64,000 nucleotides of DNA from an uncultured Planctomycetales bacterium (GTDB lineage: Bacteria > Omnitrophota > Gorgyraeia > Zapsychrales > JANLHA01). The DNA lies in the NCBI GenBank assembly GCA_964450385.1, contig CAYVEC010000006.1, positions 8,745 through 72,744 of the forward strand, in the 5' to 3' direction. The position numbers and the translations under genes were made by a program. The notes under the pieces were generated by a model. It did no database searches. It was not told the DNA's origin and worked only from the letters and a program-made list of their open reading frames with translations. This document shows, piece after piece, positions 28,691 through 36,824 of the stretch (position 1 is the first letter of the stretch; each line of letters opens with the position of its first letter).

Positions 28691-29917
28691 GTGTCGTTGG
28701 TGCTGTGGATGACAATCAGTGTCGGGATCTTTTCGACCGTGATTCTGGTCTTGGTCGCGGCCCTTGTCGCGGCCGAGTCGTTTGTGTCATCATCCGAAGA
28801 GGTCGCGGTCACAATCAATGAGGGCCAGCGGACTTTTCGCGTGCTTCCGGGCAGGAGTCTTCTTACGGCGTTATCGGATGAAGAGATCTTTTTGCCGTCG
28901 GCGTGCGGGGGGAAGGGAACGTGCGGCCTATGCACGTGCCGCGTTGCCGCCGGCGGGGGCGAGGTCCTTGCGACGGAGGCGGGGCTGTTGACCCGGCGGC
29001 AGCAGCACGAGGGGTGGCGGCTCGCCTGTCAGGTGAAGGTGCGTCGGGATATGGCCCTCATGATCCCTTCCGGGGTCTTTGAGGTCCGTCGATATGCTTC
29101 ACGGATCCGCGCGGTCCGTCAGATCGCGCCCCTATTGAAGGAAATAACGCTCGATCTGCCCGAGGGATTTGCCGTTGAGCCCGGGGCCTATCTTCAGATT
29201 GAGGTCCCGCCGTATCAGATCCGGTTCCGTGACTTTGAGATCAGTGATCGGTATCGGTCCGTCTGGGAGAGCGAGGGGCTGTTCGGCCTCGAGGTTGACA
29301 GCGATGAGACGGTGGTGCGGGGGTATTCGATCGCGAATCCGCCGGGCGAGGGCCCGGCCTTGATGGTGATCGTGCGGATCGCGCTTCCGCCCGCGGGAAA
29401 AAAATCGGTCCCGCCGGGGGTCGCATCAACGTATCTCTTTTCGCTAAAGCCTGGGGACGAGGTCAGGATCTCTGGCCCGTACGGCAGTCTTCTGATCAAG
29501 GACACGGACCGTGAGATGGTGTATATCGGCGGCGGGGCCGGGATGGCGCCGTTGCGAAGTCATCTGCGGCATCTCCTCCATGCGCTGAAGACCTCACGCC
29601 GCGTCTCATTTTGGTATGGGGCCAGGTCCCGGCAGGAGATCATTTATGAGGAGGAGTTCCGGGCCCTTGAACGCGAATGCCCGAATTTCTCCTTTCATCT
29701 TGCCTTGTCGGCGCCGCTCCCTGAGGATCGGTGGACTGGCGCTACTGGGAATATCCATGAGGTCGTGTATCGCGACTATCTTGCCGGACATCCCGCGCCG
29801 GAGGGGGTGGAATATTATTTATGCGGCCCATCGCCGATGACCGCCGCGGTCCGGGAAATGCTTGACGGTCTTGGGGTGGCGCCTGAGATGATCGCCTGCG
29901 ATGATTTTGGCGCCTGA
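28691..29917 (+). CDS. nqrF: Na+-NQR subunit F (2Fe-2S ferredoxin + FAD/NADH domains)
   Basis: N-terminal TM, CGGKGTCGLC 2Fe-2S motif, RGYS FAD motif, NAD-binding GGGAGMAP; GTG 28691 after SD GGGAAGGAG (ORF-track 28430 start lies inside nqrE). Confidence 0.85.
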   Translation: MSLVLWMTISVGIFSTVILVLVAALVAAESFVSSSEEVAVTINEGQRTFRVLPGRSLLTALSDEEIFLPSACGGKGTCGLCTCRVAAGGGEVLATEAGLLTRRQQHEGWRLACQVKVRRDMALMIPSGVFEVRRYASRIRAVRQIAPLLKEITLDLPEGFAVEPGAYLQIEVPPYQIRFRDFEISDRYRSVWESEGLFGLEVDSDETVVRGYSIANPPGEGPALMVIVRIALPPAGKKSVPPGVASTYLFSLKPGDEVRISGPYGSLLIKDTDREMVYIGGGAGMAPLRSHLRHLLHALKTSRRVSFWYGARSRQEIIYEEEFRALERECPNFSFHLALSAPLPEDRWTGATGNIHEVVYRDYLAGHPAPEGVEYYLCGPSPMTAAVREMLDGLGVAPEMIACDDFGA

Positions 29918-29948
29918 GAGGACGTCGGCGTAAGGGAGACGGGGATCC

Positions 29949-30143
29949 ATGGAAACGGTTTTTCTGGCGATCGCGATCTTTGCCGGGTGCCTGCTGATCA
30001 TGGCCGTTGGGGTGTTGTGCCGCCGGGCGCCGCTCAAGAAACAGTGCGATGCCGATCCGCAACGCTCCTGTAGCTGCGGGGCTGACGGCGACGCCTGCGG
30101 CCGGGAGGGGGGCTTGCGCCAGCCGGAAAAAGGAGTATCATAA
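29949..30143 (+). CDS. NqrM-like small membrane Cys-rich protein (putative Nqr maturation factor)
   Basis: 64 aa: one TM helix (VFLAIAIFAGCLLIMAVGVL) then Cys cluster C-x9-C-x8-C-x-C-x6-C; sits directly after nqrF where NqrM (DUF539) is found. Confidence 0.4.
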   Translation: METVFLAIAIFAGCLLIMAVGVLCRRAPLKKQCDADPQRSCSCGADGDACGREGGLRQPEKGVS

Positions 30144-30168
30144 GGGATCTTTTAACCAGGGAAACGCC

Positions 30169-31395
30169 ATGCCAAATACCAAGGTCCATATTTCTCAAGA
30201 ACAAGAACTCGAGGTCCTCAGAAAAATTCTCAGCATCACCTCATCCGCTGTTGATCTCGACAAGACGCTTCAGGAGACGGTGAAGATCGTGACGGCTTTT
30301 ACGGGCGCGGACTCGGTCTTTGTGTATCTCCTTGATAAGGCGCATCGTACTCTGGTCCTCCGGGCCTCTAAGATCCCGCACAAAAAGGAACTAGGCGTCG
30401 TGCACATCGGACTCGGCGAGGGGATCACCGGATGGGTGGCCCAGCAGAACAAGCCGGTTGCGATTGCTGAGAACGCGTATCAGGATAAGCGGTTTAAGGC
30501 GTTTGACGTTCTGCCTGAGGACCAGTATGAGGCCTTTTTGTCCGTGCCGCTTATTTATAAGGACAAGGTCAGCGGGGTCATCAATGTTCAGCATCGCGAG
30601 CCGCATGAGTACAGCCGTGAAACCGTGAACCTGATCCACATGATCGCCTCTCAGATCAGCGGGGTCATTGAGCACGCGCGGCTTTTTGAGGAGACGAAGG
30701 TCAAAGCGGGTCAGTTCGACCGGCTCGTCAAGGTCAGCGAATCGATCACCTCGCAGGCGTACCTCGATGAGATCTTAAATCTGATCGTGGTCGTGACCGC
30801 GGAGATGCTTAATTCAAAGATCTGTTCGATCATGCTGCTCGAGGACAAAAAAGGCGAAGAGCTCGTCATCCGCGCCACCCAGAGCCTGAGCGAGGAATAC
30901 AAGAAGAAGCCGAATCTCAAAGTCCGTCACAGTCTTCTCGGCGACGTGATCCGGACCCGCCAGCCCATTACGGTTGAGGATGTGCGCGCCGACGCGCGTT
31001 ATGCCCACCGCGCCCTGGCCATCCGTGAGGAGCTGACATCGATGGTGGCGGTCCCGATGATCGTTAAGAACAAGGTGATCGGGGTGATCAATGTCTATAC
31101 CAAGGAACCGCATCAGTTCGTCCAGGAGGAGATCAACGTTCTTCAGATGGTCGCGAATCAGGCAGCCGTGGCCGTGGAGAACACGAATCTGGTCTCTGAG
31201 GCGGTGAAGGCGAAGGAGGCCCTGGAGACCCGGAAATTCGTCGACCGGGCCAAAGGGATCCTGATGCGCCTGCATTCGCTGGATGAGGATACTGCCTACC
31301 GCATGATCCATAAAAAAAGCATGGATGCGTGCAAAACCATGAAAGAGGTCGCGGAATCGATCATTTTATTTGATGATCTGGGCCGCAAGGAATGA
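30169..31395 (+). CDS. GAF-GAF-ANTAR RNA-binding antitermination regulator
   Basis: Two GAF domains then C-terminal ANTAR helix bundle (...ETRKFVDRAKGILMRLHSLDEDTAYRMIHKKSMD...); first ATG 30169. Confidence 0.75.
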   Translation: MPNTKVHISQEQELEVLRKILSITSSAVDLDKTLQETVKIVTAFTGADSVFVYLLDKAHRTLVLRASKIPHKKELGVVHIGLGEGITGWVAQQNKPVAIAENAYQDKRFKAFDVLPEDQYEAFLSVPLIYKDKVSGVINVQHREPHEYSRETVNLIHMIASQISGVIEHARLFEETKVKAGQFDRLVKVSESITSQAYLDEILNLIVVVTAEMLNSKICSIMLLEDKKGEELVIRATQSLSEEYKKKPNLKVRHSLLGDVIRTRQPITVEDVRADARYAHRALAIREELTSMVAVPMIVKNKVIGVINVYTKEPHQFVQEEINVLQMVANQAAVAVENTNLVSEAVKAKEALETRKFVDRAKGILMRLHSLDEDTAYRMIHKKSMDACKTMKEVAESIILFDDLGRKE

Positions 31396-31535
31396 AGCGG
31401 GCATGGGTTCATTAGGGCGCTTGACAGAGCGGGATTGTTGGAGTATTCTTAAATTGTCAGGGTTAGACAGTTGAAGGACTGACATGGCAGATAAGCCCCG
31501 GAAGTAAAGAAATGCTTACCGGGGCTTTGCCATGT

Positions 31536-31562
31536 CCGGGGGGCGGATCCGCCGGGTTTTTT
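31536..31562 (+). terminator. GC-rich imperfect hairpin + T6 (terminator of ANTAR gene / candidate ANTAR-controlled structure)
   Basis: CCGGGGGGCGGATCCGCCGGG (palindromic core GGCGGATCCGCC) then TTTTTT; preceded by 8-bp hairpin AGCCCCGG...CCGGGGCT (31494-31526) that shares CCCCGG/CCGGGG arms. Confidence 0.4.
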
Positions 31563-31574
31563 GAAGTTTCACTC

Positions 31575-31603
31575 TTGACACAAAAAACATCGCGAGGTAT
31601 AGT
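31575..31603 (+). promoter_or_regulatory. consensus sigma70-type promoter for the nfn-gdhA unit
   Basis: TTGACA (31575-31580), 17-nt spacer, TATAGT (31598-31603); leaves about 150-nt leader before nfnA ATG. Confidence 0.6.
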
Positions 31604-31758
31604 ATCTTACCGCTTGAGGCATTGAGGTCTCGGGCGACCTTTTATTAAGGTAGGCAGCGTTGCCGTCACGATTGAAGTTGTGCCTATTGACCCCTTAACA
31701 ATCCCAAAGGACATGTGAGGGGATTTTTCTTTTTATTGACCCCCTGGGGAGGGTTGTC

Positions 31759-32613
31759 ATGAACGCTATTCTTAAGAAAAAACAGCTTTCTGACGAGGTT
31801 TTCCGTTTGACGGTGAGCGCTCCGCTCATTGCCGAGGAGTGTCTGCCGGGTCAATTCATCTTGCTTCAGATCCGTGATGAAGGCGAGCGGATCCCGCTCA
31901 CGATCGCGGACTCGGACAAGGCCGCAGGCACGATCACCCTTATTTTTCAGGCCGTTGGGAAGACGACCCATTTGCTTGCTGAGCTGAATGAAGGGGACGC
32001 GATCGAGAATCTGGTCGGGCCCCTCGGCCGGCCCACGCACATTGAGCGCGTTGGGACCGTTGTCTGCGTCGGGGGTGGCATCGGGGTGGCGCCTCTGTAC
32101 CCGATCGCGAAGGCGATGAAGGCGGCCGGTAACCGGCTCATTGTGATCATTGGCGCCCGGCAAAAAGACCTTGTGATCCTTGAGTCTGAGATGCGGGCGA
32201 TCGCTGATGAGCTTGTTGTCTGCACCGACGACGGGTCCTATGGCCGCAAGGCCTTGGTCACAGTGCCGCTCAAAGAGCTCTGCGAGCGCGCGGCGCCTCC
32301 GGACCTTGCGGTCGCAATCGGGCCGCCGGTGATGATGAAATTTTGTGCCGAGACGACGCGGCCCTTTAAGGTGCCGACGGTTGTTTCTCTCAACACGATC
32401 ATGATCGATGGGACCGGGATGTGCGGCGGATGCCGGGTCACGGTCGGCGGTAAGACCCAGTTTGTCTGTGTCGACGGACCGGAATTCGACGGGCATCAGG
32501 TTGATTTTGACAACATGATGAAGCGTCTTCGGGCGTATAAAGGCCATGAGGACACGGCCCACGCTCAGTGTCATTTGGAGATCGAGGCAAAAAAGAAGGC
32601 TGGGGAACGATGA
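31759..32613 (+). CDS. nfnA: NfnA/SudB-like FAD + 2Fe-2S electron-transfer subunit (PyrK family)
   Basis: 284 aa; FAD/NAD-binding fold and C-terminal CGGCRV...C cluster motif; paired and ATGA-coupled with GltD-like partner. Confidence 0.65.
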   Translation: MNAILKKKQLSDEVFRLTVSAPLIAEECLPGQFILLQIRDEGERIPLTIADSDKAAGTITLIFQAVGKTTHLLAELNEGDAIENLVGPLGRPTHIERVGTVVCVGGGIGVAPLYPIAKAMKAAGNRLIVIIGARQKDLVILESEMRAIADELVVCTDDGSYGRKALVTVPLKELCERAAPPDLAVAIGPPVMMKFCAETTRPFKVPTVVSLNTIMIDGTGMCGGCRVTVGGKTQFVCVDGPEFDGHQVDFDNMMKRLRAYKGHEDTAHAQCHLEIEAKKKAGER

Positions 32614-34106
32614 ACGACGCGCAGAAAAAGGGATCGCCCGACGAGGCGGGATGGCTGAAGGAGGTTGTGGCGCGGCACGCCGCGCTCACGCCGAAAGAGC
32701 GTCTCCTGATCCCGGCCCAGGAGATGCCGTCGCAGGACCCGGCTGTCCGTCGGAAAAATATGCAGGAGGTTGCACTCGGATATACCGCGGAGCAGGCGCG
32801 GATCGAGGCGGCTCGATGCCTTCAATGCAAAAACGCGCCCTGTGTGACCGGGTGCCCGGTCCAGATCAATATTCCAGAGTTTATCAAGGCGATCGCTGAC
32901 GCGGATTTTCAGCAGGCGATCGGGGTCATTAAGACGAGCAGCCTTCTTCCGTCGGTGTGCGGACGGGTCTGTCCGCAGGAGACGCAGTGCCAGGCCCCGT
33001 GCACGGTCGGGAAGGCCCTTAAAGATGTCAATCGGGCCGTGTCCATCGGCCGGCTCGAGCGGTTTGTCGCGGATTGGGAGCGCGAGCACGGCCATATGTC
33101 ACCGCCCGAGGTAAAGCCCGAGACCGGGAAAAAGGTCGCGGTGATTGGGACGGGTCCGGCGAGCATTACCGTAGCCGCCGACGTGCGGCGCGAGGGTCAT
33201 GCCGTGACGATGTTTGAGGCCTTTCATAAGGCCGGCGGGGTCATGGTGTACGGGATCCCGGAGTTCCGTTTGCCCAAGAAAATCGTTCAGCTTGAGATCG
33301 ATACCCTGACAGCCATGGGGGTTGAGGTGAAGATGAATTATGTGGTCGGCCGGACCCGGAAACTGACGGACTTGATTACGAAGGACGGGTTTGATGCCGC
33401 CTTTATCGGGACCGGCGCTGGGCTGCCGAAGTTTATGAATATCGACGGCGAAAACCTGATCGGCGTGTTTTCCGCGAACGAATACCTGACCCGAACGAAC
33501 CTCATGAAGGCGTATGATTTTAAGCATGCCGACACCCCGATCTTCCGGTCCCGCAAGGTCGCGGTGCTCGGCGGCGGCAATGTCGCCATGGATGCCGCGC
33601 GGACTGCGGTCCGGCTCGGCGCCGATGAGGTTCATCTCATCTACCGTCGGACCGAGGCCGAGATGCCGGCACGTGTTGAGGAGGTCCACCACGCCAAGGA
33701 AGAGGGCGTTATCTTTCACATGCTTGAGAACGCGAAGCGTATTTTAGGAAATGACGAGGGATGCGTGACGTCGATCGAGTGTCTTCGTTATGAGCTCGGC
33801 GCCCCGGATGACTCCGGGCGGCGCCGGCCGGTGGAGATCAAGGGGAGCGAATTTATTTTTGAGGTCGATACCGTGATCGTGGCGATCGGGAACGAATCGA
33901 ATCCATTGATCAAACAGACGACCCCGGGGCTAGAGACAACGCGGTGGGGGAATATCGTCGTTGATGATCAGTGCCGGACGTCGTTTGAGGGGGTGTACGC
34001 CGGGGGGGACATCGTGCTCGGGGCAGCGACGGTGATCCTCGCGATGGGCCAGGGGCGCACTGCGGCCCGGTCTATTAATGAGTATCTGGCGGCCAAAAAG
34101 GCATGA
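32610..34106 (+). CDS. nfnB: NfnB/SudA-like subunit (glutamate synthase small-chain family: 2x[4Fe-4S] + FAD + NAD(P)H)
   Basis: CLQCKNAPCVTGCP and CGRVCPQETQCQAPC cluster motifs, then GTGPAS and LGGGNVAMD dinucleotide folds; ATG 32610 overlaps nfnA stop. Confidence 0.7.
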   Translation: MNDAQKKGSPDEAGWLKEVVARHAALTPKERLLIPAQEMPSQDPAVRRKNMQEVALGYTAEQARIEAARCLQCKNAPCVTGCPVQINIPEFIKAIADADFQQAIGVIKTSSLLPSVCGRVCPQETQCQAPCTVGKALKDVNRAVSIGRLERFVADWEREHGHMSPPEVKPETGKKVAVIGTGPASITVAADVRREGHAVTMFEAFHKAGGVMVYGIPEFRLPKKIVQLEIDTLTAMGVEVKMNYVVGRTRKLTDLITKDGFDAAFIGTGAGLPKFMNIDGENLIGVFSANEYLTRTNLMKAYDFKHADTPIFRSRKVAVLGGGNVAMDAARTAVRLGADEVHLIYRRTEAEMPARVEEVHHAKEEGVIFHMLENAKRILGNDEGCVTSIECLRYELGAPDDSGRRRPVEIKGSEFIFEVDTVIVAIGNESNPLIKQTTPGLETTRWGNIVVDDQCRTSFEGVYAGGDIVLGAATVILAMGQGRTAARSINEYLAAKKA

Positions 34107-34137
34107 TTCTCCGGGGATCCGCCCCGGAAGAGTATAA

Positions 34138-35511
<1,374 letters not shown>

Positions 35512-35642
35512 GGGGAGCCCTGTGGGGTAGGCCTATTTATGGCCGCACTGATCAGGGATAGTGTTCTATTAAAGGTAGGGAAGATCGCAAGGTCGTAGAT
35601 GTGATAGTTTAATAAAAGTTTTAAAAAAATTGAAGGTAAAAA

Positions 35643-35675
35643 GGCCATATATTAACAAATATATGGCCTTTTTAA
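35643..35675 (+). terminator. strong rho-independent terminator after gdhA
   Basis: 10-bp stem GGCCATATAT/ATATATGGCC, loop TAACAA, then TTTTT; in AT-rich spacer. Confidence 0.75.
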
Positions 35676-35786
35676 TATAAATTTATCATTTTTTAAGTAT
35701 ATTGCCGCTTAAAAGAAAGCGTTTTTTTAAGATGCCCCAAAAGCATTGTTTTCAGCATTTATATACTATATATTTAGGTATATGAA

Positions 35787-36665
35787 ATGGTCTATTACAA
35801 AAACCACAATTTTATCAAAAACAATGCGTTTTTTGATTATTTTCTGCTTTTTAGGGCAATCAATAGCCCCTTCCTTTGTTTATGCGCAGATCTTTCCGGT
35901 TGCCGGCTTGCCGGCTCCAGGCGCGGCCATTTCCCTGACGTAGCCGTTTTTCCCGACTGCCTTAAGGGTATGCAGATCAATCCGCATAATCCATTTCAAT
36001 TTAATTTTATCCTGGATGCCGGTGATGAACAGCTCGATCCTGAAGATCGGAACGATCAGGTCGTAAGGCTGGCCAAGTATTTTTTGGCTGGCCTGACGAT
36101 CCCTGAGGAGGATCTGTGGGTGAACCTGTCTCCGTATGAAAAGGATCGTATTATTGCCGGTGATTTTGCCCGGACCGAGATGGGGCGCGATGTCCTTGCC
36201 CAGGATTATATGTTGAAGCAGCTGACCGCGTCGTTGATGGACCCGCGTCAGGAGCTGGGGAGTCATTTTTGGCAGCGCTTAAAAAAGCGGGCAAAAGATG
36301 AATACGGGGTGGCGGATATCACGGCCGACACCATTCATAAGGTCTGGATCGTGCCTGAGCGGGCCGAGGTGACCGTGGGCGAGAATGGTGTCTTTTTGGG
36401 CGACCTGCGGCTCCAGGTGATGCTGGAGGAAGACTATTTAGCTAGGGCGCAAGAAAGATTTATTGTTAGAACGCCCCGGCCGAATACGAACACGGCTTTG
36501 TCGACGGAGCTGATGCGTGAGCTCATCATTCCGGCGATCGAAGAGGAGGTCAATCAGGGCCGCACCTTCGCGACCCTGCGCCAGATCTACGGGGCCATGG
36601 TCCTCTCGGTGTGGTTTAAGAATCATTTAAAAGAGAGCCTTCTCACCCGCGGGTATGCAGATTAG
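35787..36665 (+). CDS. hypothetical protein, N-terminal segment of a giant low-GC ORFan; ends at in-frame TAG 36663-36665
   Basis: ATG 35787 with AGGT 7 nt upstream; no recognisable domains; same frame as 36825 ORF with no other stop between; an alternative +1-frame signal peptide (35782-35943) overlaps the 5' end. Confidence 0.4.
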   Translation: MVYYKNHNFIKNNAFFDYFLLFRAINSPFLCLCADLSGCRLAGSRRGHFPDVAVFPDCLKGMQINPHNPFQFNFILDAGDEQLDPEDRNDQVVRLAKYFLAGLTIPEEDLWVNLSPYEKDRIIAGDFARTEMGRDVLAQDYMLKQLTASLMDPRQELGSHFWQRLKKRAKDEYGVADITADTIHKVWIVPERAEVTVGENGVFLGDLRLQVMLEEDYLARAQERFIVRTPRPNTNTALSTELMRELIIPAIEEEVNQGRTFATLRQIYGAMVLSVWFKNHLKESLLTRGYAD

Positions 36666-36824
36666 CAGAAGACCGAAGGCCTTCATCCCGACGATCCGGA
36701 TATCCAGCAGAAGATCTATGAACAGTATCTCGCCGCGCTTAAGAAAGGCGTCGCGAATTTTATTCAGGAAGAGGCGGACCCGCTGACCGGGACGGTTATT
36801 CCAAGGAAATATTTTACCGGCGGG

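Noticed and set aside
35746-35943. 65-aa ORF as an independent small secreted protein
   Set aside because: It is more plausibly the frameshifted or alternative 5' end of the giant ORF, since it overlaps that ORF's start in an AT-rich stretch. It is kept only as a possible signal-peptide frame.
36663-36665. In-frame TAG as evidence of an alternative genetic code or pyrrolysine
   Set aside because: TAG terminates several conserved genes in this window at their expected ends (thrS, thiolase, glnS, nqrE, GATase). No pyl genes or second UAG-interrupted gene are visible, so a single recoding, mutation or error is more parsimonious.
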